A stretch of DNA of 54,598 nt, filler included, from Bipalium vagum (lineage: Eukaryota), in the NCBI GenBank assembly GCA_037834085.1. It is 3 parts of 3 records of this genome, joined end to end, with 100 filler letters (N's around TTAATTAATTAA, not from the genome) between each part and the next. Parts side by side here need not be neighbours in the genome. Positions count along the whole stretch, not along the records: positions 1 to 18,197 come from JBBMKC010037104.1; 2 more parts are not named here. One strand, 5' to 3'. Made by a program: the position numbers and the translations under genes. Position 1 is the stretch's first letter. Every line of letters starts with the position of its first letter. The notes beneath the pieces were generated by a model, which saw nothing but the letters and a program-made list of their open reading frames with translations, was not told the DNA's origin and made no database searches. This document shows positions 1 to 13,455 of the stretch, piece by piece.

Positions 1-90
1 TAAATGATTTTGGTTTAAGACGATATGTTGCAACACCAAAACCTTTTCTCAATTTTAAGCAACGTTTAAGACGTAAATGCGTATTTCGTG
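1..90 (+). mobile_element. Tc1-like transposase fragment (HTH region), cut by window edge
   Basis: Translates NDFGLRRYVATPKPFLNFKQRLRRK, resembling the Tc1 'GL...A.KP.L....RL' segment. Confidence 0.55.
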
Positions 91-358
91 TCCTGTGAGA
101 AATGAATGGGATTCTATTTTATTCTTGTAATTAAAAAATAAAGTAAGTTAACATACATAATAAAAACCCTGTATTATTCATTAGATTATATTGCAAATAA
201 TAAAATAACATTTCAAGAAAATATTGTTAGAATATTTTTAAAAGACTGTTGTTTCTAAGTATAATAGTCAATGCTGCATATTTAAAAAACAATAAGAGGA
301 TGAAAATAGTTTTTTTTACAAATATAAGCATAATTATTTGAAAATAAGTGATAAAAAA

Positions 359-2679
359 ATATCCGCACGAATATATTTATATTAAACAGACAAACAATTA
401 GTAACAATATTTTGTTCTTAATAATTAATTTACCCACCATTATTCTTAATGATGATGTCGCAGCGCTTATTTATAGAACTGACCATATTATTACAAAAAT
501 GTTGAGTAATTTTTTGCCATTCCTCCAAGATACACCTTTTCAGCATGGTTTACCCAGTAATTCACCTCTCCTTCAGTTTTCTCTTCAATAGAGCCCATAA
601 ATTGTCAATTGGGTTCACATCAGGTGATTGCCTAATCCATTTCATACCACTTATACAGAATTCGTGAAGCCAATGTGTAATAATTTTGGCAGTATGTCTT
701 GGATCTCTATCATGTTGGAATCTGAAGTCAGTCTCAAGACCCTGGTGATAAGCTGATTCCAACAAATTATCTTTTAAAATTTTTAAACAATAATGCTTAT
801 ACATTATTCCATCGATGAAGACTTAATTTCCAACTCCGCAACTTGAAAAACATCCCCAGATCATAACCGATCCATTACCATGTTTCACCGTCGGACTAAG
901 GCTTTCTAATTTCACTTCTTCTCCAGATTTTCGCAAAACATTAACAAACATTTCATCCGACTCAAAAATGTTAATTTTACATTCTTGAGACCAAAGGATT
1001 TTATTAGATTCCAGTCGGTTGAATGGTTCAGAAATTTTTTGACCCATGTAACACGGGGTTTCCGATTATTCTTTGAAATTAATGCTTTTTTTCGTGCCAT
1101 CTTCCCATGAAACAATATCTCTAAAAAACAATTCCTCACATTTGACGGAGAAATTAATATGCCAATGTCTTTTTTCATTTCTATACTTACTTTTTCAGCT
1201 GATATCCTCCTTTTTTTCATAATTCTTTGAATTATTCTATGTTCTTTGATTAAATTAGTCTTGGTCTTCCTATCCTAGTACTAGTATTTACAGTGCTATC
1301 ACGAGGAAACTTTTCCAAAATATAGTGGACGCTAGATTTTGGACATTTAAGAATGTCTGATATTTGGTCAACATTAAATTTTTCTTTTCTCAGTGTATAA
1401 CGAGATTTCGGAAGTCTGTGGAGTATTCTTTTGTTTTTGGACCCATTAAAATAATCAATTCGGAAATAGATTTAGAAATCCTATGAAAACCTTGTAAAGC
1501 TATATAAATTAAAAATCTCCTACTTTTATTTACACAAATAAAACGTTTGAACAATATTTTTCTTAAGATTTAACATAAATATAATGATATTTCCTTAAAA
1601 GATTAAGGTCGTACGGATAATTATTGTATATTAATAATCAGAAAAAATTTCTAATTTAGAAAATTTATAAATTGTTATTAATAAAAATCTACAACAACTT
1701 TTATAAATTTTCGCAATTTAGTGTATCAAAGGTAAACCTGAATCCAACTTAGGTGGTGCAAAAATAATTACAATCAGTAAAGCAACAACTTGTATTTATA
1801 ACACAAACTTCACACGAAATCACAGTGATAACAGTAACACAAAATCGTCAAACTCAGAGAAAGGGATCACAATAAGATCTAAAATGTCTGCAATTGTCTT
1901 TAATAATCAATCAAACACAATAGTTAATAATATCGAGTCAAGAAACACAAATAGGTACTTAAAGTTAAACAACAATCAAATTAATATAAAATAATGTAAT
2001 CAAATAAATATGTAATAATAAAATTAAGATGATAATAAAAAAAATAATGGAACAAGCTTACGAGTTATCTTCGTTTAAGCTTCCCGGACTATTAGCTGAG
2101 CCTTTACAGTTGCTCAGAAATAGCTCTCTGGTGGGGAACTCAAACACAATCCCATGGTTGGGAACATTAAAAATATACTTGAAATTCTCTGATAGTCTTC
2201 GAATAATAAGAGCTAATTTCTTGTTGTCGTCTGCTAGTTGAGGGCGAAATTGTGGAGAAATCCTTCTCCTTATATGGTATTTTGGTCGACCTTCTAATCT
2301 AATCTTGGCATTTAGGTTCGTCATTGTCAAGATTAGATCTCAAAAAAAAATAATTTATTGCTTTTTTCCTTTTTAATTAACTTTTGTACTTTTTAATTAG
2401 CTAAAATTATTATTTAATTATTATTCTTAGTATTATTATTATTATTTTGTCATTTTGTGAACAATTTCACAATTATTATTATTATTCTTATTTTGAGCAA
2501 AAATTTACAATTTTCATTTGGGACGGGTAGGTGTTTTGGATAAACCCAGCATAAATAAACGCATTAATGATGATAGTATTATAAACGGCGAAAACTTTTT
2601 AAATACCCGTTGATTTTCTTTTCAAAATATTTTCAAACATTTATATATAATCGTGCGGATAATTATTGAAGTAAGTGTA
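359..2679 (-). mobile_element. Decayed Tc1 (DD34E, IR/DR-type) element; transposase pseudogene about 418-1446; 5' terminal region interrupted by about 770 bp of extra sequence
   Basis: ATG at 1446 (MGPKTKEYSTDFR); ORF pieces with KKALISKNN, TVKHGNGSVMIWGCFS, FQHDRDPRH, QSPDVNPIDNLW; repeated TATCCG(C/T)ACGA motif at about 360 and inverted at about 1609 and 2651; terminus ...GTAAGTG|TA at about 2679. Confidence 0.85.
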
Positions 2680-5289
2680 TATGTTGAGAAACAAAAAAAA
2701 TCAGTGCAAAATTTTGAAAAATAATGTAAAATCATAAAAATTGAAAATAATTACTAAATCACGATTATTATTTTAAAAAGGAAAATTACCATTTTAATGA
2801 AAGAACACATTCTCAATTAACGGATCAGCTTAGAGAAAAGTATAATAAGCTATTTGAAACGGTTTTCTCAATCGAAATTAAAATATATAGAGGAGATTCC
2901 ATGATGAGAAAAAAGAAAATATATACAATTAAAAATTAAAAATAATTAAATATGAAAAAATAAATAAAATGATAGAGAAAAATTAAACCAAAATATTTTA
3001 AATCAGTCACTGTTTAGTTTTTATTCATTAATGATGAGTAGATTACTAAATCAATAATTTTAATAGTTTGTTTTGTTTAGATTTTATTAAAAAAAATAGA
3101 AAAAAATCATTAACAAATTAGAAATTCTTATTTACCTTTCGTTTTCAAATCTTAAGTTTTATATTTTAGGAGTTTAAGATACATAAAGAATGAAAGATAT
3201 ATTCGAAACAATTCTATATTGATAAAAAACAAAATCAATGTAAAAAAAATATCCAAAATTGAATAAAATACAATCTGAAAATATCGTCTAGTATTATTAT
3301 TAATATCACTGATACATGATTATTTCGTTAAATGATAAAAAACATTGCAATTATAAAATTAAATAGCTAGTTGAACATTTAAGCATTGATTTCAGTTCTC
3401 ATGAGTCAAAAAATAATTTTCTGATATCAATAAAAAAAATTATGTGAATAAATAATGAAAATAAATTAAATAATTAAAACTTGTTTGACTAGCTGCAATA
3501 ACTTTTAGTGGATTATTTTATTTACTCGTTATAATTTAAGATTGGCCATTTTATGAATCTTTAAAATAACATTCTCAATGATATTATTGAAAACTTAGTT
3601 ATTACTATCTATATATCAATAATATAAAATTCCTCTAAAATTCATGCAAATATTTTGTAATTAAAAAAACTTATTCACTTTTTTCAAGATTAAATATTCT
3701 CCCATTGAACGAAGATAAATTTATTATTATTTAATTGGTAAATTATGTTTTAATATTATATCACAATTTACCAATAAGAAATATTATATTTATATATTTT
3801 TGACAAATATTGATTTGAAAATCTCTCTTTATCTTTTAACAAGCTTGAACACCAATTCCTCCAACGATCCATAAAACAAAGTTACTCTCATTATATGTAT
3901 GGTCATGAAATAAGTAATGCGGTATTCTTAAAAGAAAACAAAGCAAACATCCAATATTATTACTTTTTTAATTAAAAAATTAATTAATCGATTGATCTAT
4001 AAAATTTAATCGGTTTAATTTCACTTATAACTTGACTTCAATACCATTGTATAAATGTTGATTTAGAGGGTTAAATACAAATTACCAATAAAAAAATATT
4101 GATATTTAAGATTTGAGTGAGTACCTGTGCTTTCATCCATCACAATTTTACCAAAATTTCAGATTACATTTCTACTTTTAATTCATGAATTTGTGATTAT
4201 TTTAATTATGAATTTATTTTAATTTATCTACTTTGGTAAGAAAGGAACTAGTGTGCGATTCTTGCAAGAACAAGGAATACTTCACAATCCGCGACTTCAC
4301 ATCTAGTCTTAAACCAATTCTCAAGATCACTGGCGTTGTCTTATGCAAAGATAAGTCAAGATACATGGCTATCAAGATCTGGCTTATCATTTCGGAAAAT
4401 AATATTATTTATATATTGCTAGTCTGAGGAGTACACTCACATCTGATTAAACAAAGTTTGAAATCTGATTAATTTATGGTGAATTAACTTTAAGCGGAAA
4501 TTTAAGCAGATATTTTGTATTTAGCCTAAAGAGATAATGGGAACAAAATCTTTTATGTTCATGCACCAAACTTTTTCTTAACTCAAATAAATCGTTGACA
4601 TAACACCCACAAAAGTTTTGAAACTGTTATTAATCACCGGTGGATGAATTCTTATGAATTTCTATTCCTGTCAAACAAGTCTATGTAATAAATTTCCTGC
4701 ATGGTTGAAAGTTCTTCTTGGTCAGATGTTAGCTAGATTGTGGTATCCCACAGAGATGTGAAATATGTTGAACTACAGAATGTTAAAACAATAATGTGAT
4801 TAGTTTGATGTTTGATGAAATGTTGGAAGAGAGTGAAAATATCCAGACTATTGCTCTCACTGCTAGCCTGTGGACCGCGAAAACAAATGAATCATTGTGG
4901 TATAATGGAAGAAAAAATTGATTGGAAACTTAATTGTGGACAAACTTCAAACTGCTGAAAATATTGATGGGTTATAGAAAAACATCATGGGATAATATAG
5001 CACTGTATGATGTGTTGAACAGTTACAAAAAATTCTGAACAATTTCATTGCACGAATGAAAGATTCTCATTATAAGATGTTCAAAAATTTGAAAAAATTG
5101 AAACCCAAACATGATTTTAAAATTAAGCCTAATTTTATGAAAAATTGAACATTGTTATTATTACTTTGTATTTTGCATACTATTATATATACAAAACTTT
5201 TATTAATACATTAGATATACCAGTATTAATAAGCTTACGATTTAAAAATTAAAATTGAGAAAATTCAAAGTAAGCTTTCATTAATAATA

Positions 5290-5860
5290 ATAATTTACAC
5301 CATTAACATCTATCTGCCTTACTGTTAATTTGAACCCTATCCAAGAAAACTTGATTTAGTTTAAAGGAAATCCAATCAGCTTGGGATTTTTAACATTTTT
5401 CAAAATTATTTAAGTCCAATTACTTCCGATCAATCTTGTTCCAGAGGCCGTAAGAAGTGATAATCAGATAGATCAATGTCTGGTGAGATCGGCTTGTGGA
5501 ATTTAAAAATCCAATCTTAACTGCTACAGATTATGCAATACGAGACCGCGCGTTGACATTAAATCAAATTACTTTCATATGACTAATCTTTTTGTTGAGT
5601 TCAAAAAATAACTCATGAATTAATACTTATTTAGATTTCCAGTTCAGTTTCTACTGGTTTCAGCAATTAGGAGTACAGAACAATTTTGATCCCATAATAA
5701 AAAACACTTTCCTAGAGAATTACTTTTTGTGAATAATTTTTTCTAGGACTGGATCAATCAAAGATACTTTACACTTATGGTTACCAACAAATTGGTTTTT
5801 CATTTCTACTGACTGTAAGATAAAAGGAAAAATAGCATTCCTTTCAATTAAAATAACCTC
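5290..5860 (-). mobile_element. Highly decayed mariner transposase relic
   Basis: Minus strand gives HKPISPDIDLSDYHFLRPL (mariner HPPYSPDLAPSDYHLF-like) and a DEKW-like remnant. Confidence 0.6.
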
Positions 5861-7179
5861 AAGCTCATCATGAATGGACCGTTACTGTGGAAATCATTGT
5901 GGTTGGATCTCCTGGGTCTAGGGACCCAAAAACGATGCTACACAGAAGAGAATCGGGTTCAATTCAGACGATATCAATAGGGCTTCACGAGTATGATTCA
6001 CGCAAGTATCCATGCAAGCCGGAATATCCATGTAGAGCAAAAAGTGGAATTCATCAGAGATACTAAACCAATCTCATGATTCTGCTTAAATTTGAACTTA
6101 AAATACTATTTTGTTATTTTATTGTGATTTTCTTTATCTTTCAATGCCTTCTGATCTTCGCATTAATGTATTCTTTCCCCATTCTTATGTAAAGATTTTT
6201 ATAACATGGTGGTCAATCGAATTCCGTTACTCTTATTGCATGTTGTGTTATATGAAATTTTTTTTTCCTATTCTTACAAATAACATTATCATACGTACCA
6301 ATTTTTAACATTATATGCAACCATTCACTTTAAGTATGAATCGATTTTCGGTCTTTCAAAATACAATTGAAATAAAACCATTGGTTAGTAAATTGTTAAC
6401 TTGAGTGGTTTCTACAAACACAGGAATTGCCAACAATCAAAAATTAGTTCACCGAATCTAAATCATGAATAATTCTCAATGTTTTCTTAATTTATTGCTG
6501 AAATCGATATTGTTTACGAGATATACCGAAAAAGATATGTAGAGTATTTCAGAAGAAAGGTCATGAATATGGGGAAATAAATATAATGAAACTAAATTAA
6601 AAATACTGTCCTTGAATTTTATTGAAGTTAATTTTATCACCGATAATTCAATAGTTAAATTTTAATAAAATATTGTATGCAATTTTCTATGTTGTTTCTT
6701 GGCTTCTAGTTGCTAATACTCTTCTATATCTGGAAATTTTAGAACTTTGAATGACTTCAAGACGACTCTAAGTTTATTTCTATGAACAGTTGATGCTGAC
6801 GTTCCACCGATAGGTTCGGGTTTCTTTGCAGTGTTTTAAAACTTCTTTTAAATTTCTTTTTTACCGCGGTAAGTTTTTTCCCTCTAAGTGGTAAGCTTTG
6901 CCGATGCGCTACCAAATATTATGAACTGTTGATCGAGTTTTTTTAATTGCTTAACGATTTTATATTGGGAAATATGTCTTCTAAGTCCAAGATTAATTTT
7001 AGAATACAAATTTCATGGTCTGCCATATTAATTATCATTAATGTGATTAAAAATTCGGAAAATTAAATGTTCATATTTTTATTTTACATATATTTATTCA
7101 TCTAAATAATATCAATCACTGAGTAATATTATCTTGATAGAATTCCATTGGTTTAATGCTGAAAAAATGAACACTTGTT

Positions 7180-7900
7180 TAAGATCTTTTTCGTTTTTGA
7201 GTCTTTTTCTTTAGTATTATTGAGATAGAAAAGAAAATGAAAATCTTTTGGAAAGAGATTTGATGAATATGGTAGATGGCAAATGATCTCCTAATCAATT
7301 TGCCTTATCTTTTTAAAAATTTTGTTTTATCACGTGTAGCTAAGCATAATCTTGAAGAAAAAACCTTTCTGTTAACTAATGCAGGTTTTTCAAACAATTT
7401 TTCATGTACTCTTTATAATTGAGCACTATAGATGTCGGTGGTAATGATTCCTTTCATTTTTAGAAACTCGTGATGAGTGATTCCTTTACAAGTCTACCAA
7501 ACATACACTCCAGCCTTTAGAACTTTTGGTAAAGAATTCCTATGACCTAACAAACGATGTGTTCTTCTAGGATATGAATACATTACCCACTTTTCATCAC
7601 AATATTCGATCGAAAAAAAGTCTCTAGTTAGGCCCATTAATATTGCAGTATTGCCAATCGCTGGAATTTGTTCTCTTATGTTAAATCATAGGAGCCCATT
7701 TGCTTAATTTCCATCTCTTTCCAATCTCATGAAAATGCTTTCTTATTGTTTCTTCGTTGGCATAATATCAATCGAAGTTTATTACATGTCAGACTCGAAT
7801 TTAAATAAACGGCACACATCAGAAAAAAATTGTAAACATGCCAGATTTTTTCTGAAACATCCTTTATTCCAAGATATTTATTTGATTTATTAAATAGCGG
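7180..7900 (-). mobile_element. Decayed mariner transposase relic
   Basis: KLSKWAPYDLT (WVPHEL-like), CDEKWVMY, VW*TCKGITHHEFL...IYSAQL...KPALVNRK. Confidence 0.8.
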
Positions 7901-8363
7901 AAATGGATAACAGAAATAAAATTATTTTAATAAAATTATATTACCACCAAATATTTTTTTAAATTCCATTGATTCTGTGTAAAAAGAAATTAACATGAAA
8001 TTATAATCGTATGAAAATTTTTAATTTTAAAACCATAACTTTATTATGGGTATTAAAATAAAGTAAAAGCTTCAGGAAAAATTTTAATTTAGGATAATTT
8101 AACAATTATTTAAAATTAACAAACTCAATAAATTAAAATTAAAATATTTGTAAAAAAATGTTGCCAATATATAATATTTAAATTCAATGAAAAACTTTAT
8201 AAATTGAAGAGCTGAAAATGTCGAGGTATGATAATTCAATTTGTTTGCAATGAATTTTCTGAATTAAGAAAAAATTTTGCTAATTAAATCTTTTGATGTT
8301 AAACTTGGCGACTACACCAGGACATTAAAGTTTCATTTAAAAAAGAGAAACTGTTACAAATAC

Positions 8364-8573
8364 CTCTTCTGAGTTTGTTGAACCAGTAGAAATCAATTTA
8401 TGCGGTTCAGAATTATCATTCATCTTTGTGATATCAATACCATTGGACTTTGTTAGCTGACGCGTCAAATCTCTAATGTGAGCTTTATGCTTCTTTTTCA
8501 AGGAATAAATCTGGTCGTTGGAATCGGATAGTTTCTGTTTGGTAGTGGTGATTTCGTTTGTAAGACAACTGAT
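8364..8573 (-). CDS. CCDC186: CCDC186 coding exon 4; downstream exons not found in this window
   Basis: TTAG|ATC...GAG|GTATTT, 210 nt, phase 0/0; KKKHKAHIRDLTRQL resembles CCDC186 RRKHASSIKDLTKQL. Confidence 0.85.
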
Positions 8574-10129
8574 CTAAGTCGATAAAGACAATGAGATAAA
8601 ATTAAAATTGTAAATATCGAAAAATTCAAAAATCAGATACAAAATATCTAAAATAAAATTATTTAATAAAAAAGAATTATAAATCTTTTCTTGTCTTGGA
8701 GGTAAATATATCACTGAAAAATAGAAAATATTAATGAAGGATTGAAAAAAAATTGTAAAAAGAATAAATTAAATAATTACAATTTTAACAAAAGTTTAAT
8801 TTTAATTTAAAAATGTTATATAAAAAGCTTAAAATTAACATTACATAATCAAGAGACTTTAAATTATCCTTTTTTTCTTATGATAGATATCGTACATTGC
8901 ATGAAATAAATTTAAATATATAATATTGAAAGTTGCTCAAACATTTACTTTAAAGAAAATATTTTAAAATATATTTACATTACTAACAAAAAATTTTTTA
9001 CAATAACAATGTATTGATTTACACTTCCTTTAGTAATAATGATTATTTGGAAAATTAGAAACTTTTGACATTGTGCATTTTAAGTCCTCATAATAAATTC
9101 CATAATGATTTATATTAAATTAAAATAAATAAAAATCAAGGTAAAAACCATTGAAAATTTGTCAAGATTTCCAAGATAATATAATCTCAGAGGACACATT
9201 AAGATTTTAATAAGACTTAAAATGCTAAAAAACAGAGCCGAACAACTGTTAAAATACATTGTGAAATATTCAGCTGAAATATTATATTTACAAAATTAAT
9301 CTATTATCGTTGATTATTCAGGTGACTGTAAGGTTCCTGGAAAAAATAAAAGAATACAAAGAGAAATGATCTATTGAAAAATTTCAAATAACAGATGATC
9401 ATATGATATTGATTTAATTCTTTAGCTGCTTACAAAAAATCTGTTTGAAGAAAAAAAACATTATTTTTATTACATTAAAAAATTTGGGTCATTCTCAAAG
9501 AATATGACTGAGTAAAAGGAATTGAAATATCTGGAATTAAATAATTTGTATTAAATAAAAACCCATTCGAATTTGAAACAATTTAGAAATAATATATTTT
9601 AATATATTACATATTTATTGGTAAAAATATTTATTTTCGTTTTGTTTGGAATAATTTCAAAAATAAATTCTAATTATAAAAAATTTACCAAAAGAACAAC
9701 TCCAAAAAAAGCATTTCAAGGTAATTCGATTTAAGTTTCTGAAGCTATGTAAGTTAAAATCTACTCATCAATCCTGAAATCAATCCAAATCACATGTCTT
9801 AAAAGATTCTTTACAACAATCGTTTAGTTAATTCTCAATATTAAGAACAATAAATAAAACTATAAAAGAAAAAAAACTGAAAACTGAAGAAAAATCGTTA
9901 ATAAATAAAGACTTATCATGTTATTTTGTCATAAGAATATCGCCTATGAACCAAATCAGAAAACACCAAATTAGTTTGTTTCTTTGCGTTATGCATAAAA
10001 CTGAAGTCTCAAAGAATAAAAGATTAACGGAACTGATAATAATTTATACAGATTTTTCATCTATTGATCATTTATTAGGCTACAACTAATAAAAGTCAAC
10101 CAAAAGTATTGTTTTAATTGATCATAACT

Positions 10130-11150
10130 TCTATTTATTGGTAGGATACATTAATTTTAGACTTTAAAAAAATTGCAATATTTATTTTATGACAAATAGA
10201 TACATCAAAACCAACTGAATAGTTAAGAATGAATTTAAAAAAATCTAGCAACGTGGATATTCCGCGGTGACAAAATGATGTTTTTGTTAGAATGGATTCA
10301 ATTGGACACCCAAATTTAAACATTTTCGTATGAATTGAATATTTTCCAGAGCATGTGTCATTGATTAGGATAAATAAAAAATTGTTGAAACTATGGCCGA
10401 AGACTATTCTGGGTGTGGAATGATTTTCCTTTGCACATCTAACAATGTTTGTTTGACGATCGAAAGACGTCTCGCATTGTAATTTAAAGAATGATTTTGC
10501 GATGATTGCTAGTGATTAAAGACCTTATTTTAATCAACTCCTCATTTAATCTTTTTAGTTGATGTTGATTTGTTTACTCTTAAGTCTGTTTCCTTCGATT
10601 TCAAAACTTCGTGGCACCCTCCATATATCACACTAAATACAAAGCATAACTTATCATAATTATTGCTTTTTGCTATGGACGTTAATTCGTGTCCCAGATT
10701 AATCCATATCTTTCGTTTAGGTTTATGGAATAAAACATTTTCATCACCTATAACAACTAGCCAAAAAAAGTTTTTTCTCTGTCTGGCAAGTAAATATGAG
10801 GTTATACTTAAATAATTACAGATAACACTCTCATTCAAATTACGAGGGACCTGCTTTCCTTCCTTTTGAATTTTTCATATTCCATGTATCCGTCTGAAGA
10901 TTGATGATCATTTGTGTTTAGTTTTATTGCCAACTGTTTCCCTGTTGAGCGGGATTTTCATTCAACAAATCTAGCAATTTACTATCTTCATACTTTATTA
11001 TGCAAATCAAGGTCATCTGATTTAAATCTGGTAAATCAGAATTTGCAGTTTGACAAAGATTGAGCCTCATTAGCACATGTTTCCTAAAATGTTTCATGAG
11101 CTTCTGCTATGAATAAAAATATTAGTACATTCTGAAATTTATTGTACCTT
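10130..11150 (-). mobile_element. Decayed mariner element
   Basis: ORF 10542-10838 FFWLVVIGDENVLFHKPKRK (IVTGDEKW-like) with HTH and YSPD-like remnants either side. Confidence 0.8.
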
Positions 11151-11689
11151 TTAATTTTTTATTTAAACAAATAGCATAATTGTTATTCTGACTTAATTAC
11201 AAAAAACAAGTTTTCTTATTTAAATTAATAAATTTTTTAATAACTAATTTTTGCTTATTTTAGACCAAAATTAATGCACATAATCATGAAGTTGCAATTA
11301 TTGAACAATCAAATATATCTGATAAAATTAATCACTCAGATCATTTAATCGATATTTCTTAAGTTTTGAAATAAATTGATATTTTTGCAAGAATGTTCTT
11401 TATTGTATCTGTCAGTTATTTTATGACCAATGACCTAAATAATTGCATTAAAAAATAATAAATCAAAAATTAATAACATTTGTAACAGAATCATTTAGGA
11501 GATAAAAATGAAAAATCAATATAAAAATCAGTTTGAAAATAACTGTAATGTTTCTTTCAAGTAATTTTCTTTATTTTGTTAATTAAGAGAAAATTAGTTT
11601 AAAAAAATATTTTAAAATAAAATTATGCAAGATTAATTTTTTGATAATATAATAATAATAAATAAATAAAATAATTAAAGAAATCTCAC

Positions 11690-11987
11690 TGCTTTTGTAA
11701 TACGGTCTTGTTCTTCTAACCAGGAATTAGATTCACTTTTGAACTTCTTTTCCCAGAAATTAATTTTAACAACCGCGTCTTTATATTGCTTGTCGAGTAA
11801 CCCAATTTTTTGCTGTAAACTATTAATTTCGTGGAGTGCCATATGTTTTTCCGTTTGTAATTCGGCATTTTTCTGTGACAGTGATTGAATAAACTCCAAT
11901 AATTCTGATTCTTTATGCCTTAAAGTTATAATAACTGCTTCATTGTCTTCATTGATTTTTGATAGTTCATTGTTTGCAATAATTAAA
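11690..11987 (-). CDS. CCDC186: CCDC186 coding exon 3
   Basis: CTAG|T TTA...GCA|GTGAGA, phase 2/0 matches neighbours; LRHKESELLEFIQSLSQKNAELQTE resembles CCDC186 [24 protein letters not shown]. Confidence 0.9.
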
Positions 11988-12059
11988 CTAGACAAAAATA
12001 AATTTATAAAGATTTACATTACACAAATACATTTAAGATTTATATTTACAGACCTAATA

Positions 12060-12290
12060 ATAATGTGGAATTTAGTACTTGAAAAATACGAACCAAACCA
12101 AAAATAAAATTCTTTTTTCAAAATTAACCAATTCTCGACACAATTTTTCCATTCTGAAGTTGGCACTTCATAACAAATAACTCGAATTTTTCAATAGCTG
12201 CTTCAAGAAAAGCGCTGACAATTAACTTATTTGTTACTTCCAAGAAAAAAATCGGATCAATTTTTTTATTTCTCCTTCAAATTATTGTTT
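12060..12290 (-). mobile_element. Mariner C-terminal relic
   Basis: EAAIEKF...VPTSEWKNCVENWL resembles a mariner C-terminus. Confidence 0.45.
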
Positions 12291-12374
12291 AATGGAGTAA
12301 AAAAATTTATCCTTAAAATAACATGATATTTAAAGAATTATATAATGAATAAAATGATTAATATTGCATAATCT

Positions 12375-12760
12375 GACATGACAAATATAGGTCAAATAAT
12401 AGCTGGGACTCCTATGCAAATCAATTCCTGGTTTAGAGAGAATGGTCTGAAGAAAACAACAAATATCTATGATTCTTGTGAGATACAATTTAGGTCTGAA
12501 TATAAAAGAGACAAGGATCAAATAATCTGGCCTAAATAGCGGTAGAAGGTACTCTTTTAATAACCACAGTGCTGGAATTTTATTGGAAATGCTGCAAACA
12601 AAATACTACTCAGTGGGCTAGACAGAGTCGTTCATATTGACGAATCAATATTTAGGTAATTTATATTTATAATTTATTATCACATAATTCTAGAAAGAAA
12701 CCCAATAATCACATGAAATAGCACTATATCCTGAATTATAAGTAGATGATTTGATTGAGA
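12375..12760 (+). mobile_element. Merlin (IS1016/ISXO2-like) transposase relic containing a 38-nt GT-AG intron
   Basis: WFRENGLKK...C...DKDQIIW N-terminus; LSGLDRVVHIDESIFR|KKPNNH resembles the Merlin GG.G.IVEIDES.F.K.KY.RG motif once 12656-12693 is removed. Confidence 0.7.
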
Positions 12761-12911
12761 AATTAGTTATTCCAAAAAATCTAGTGGGTCTGATACTTTC
12801 AAAATAATATTAAAATAAATGACATAAGATGAAATTTTTTTCAAAATCTTTCTTCAATAAAATAAATCTATGTTATAAACTACAACACACAAAACTTATA
12901 TCACAACATAC

Positions 12912-13111
12912 CGATCGTTTTCTTGGGTAACCTGATCTACACGACTCTCATAAGGTTCCAAACTAGATATTCTTTCTGTAAGTTGATCTTTGACAAATGT
13001 TAAACTTTTTAAAGCATCTTTCAGCTGCTTTACAGCTTCTTCTTGACACATTCTATCAGCTTCGACATGTTTGATTTTCTCTCTCAGATTTTTAAGTTCT
13101 TGGTTTAAACT
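12912..13111 (-). CDS. CCDC186: CCDC186 coding exon 2
   Basis: TTTTAG|AGT...CG|GTATGT, 200 nt open coiled-coil frame SLNQELKNLREKIKHVEADRMCQEEAVKQLK; phase 0/2 matches flanking exons. Confidence 0.85.
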
Positions 13112-13455
13112 CTAAAATTTCAAAACACATAGTGAGGGAAAGTGCGGTTTAAAAATTGTATTTTGTATTGTATCACAAATATGGAAATAAATTTTTTATA
13201 ATTTTTAAAATATCATAATTTCTTTGTTAAAACCGAGTTAGATCAAAATTAGATCAATAAATAAACAATTACCATAAAATAATAATCATAAATAACGTGA
13301 AAGAAATTTTAAATTAATTTTGTTATTTAGTTTTATAAAACTATTATGAAACTACATTTGTGTTTTCCTACTTTAACCTTTGAATTCAAAACAGTCAATA
13401 AATAAAAAACCGCTTTGAATAAAGATTCAAATTATTGTATAACATCGTAAAAATA

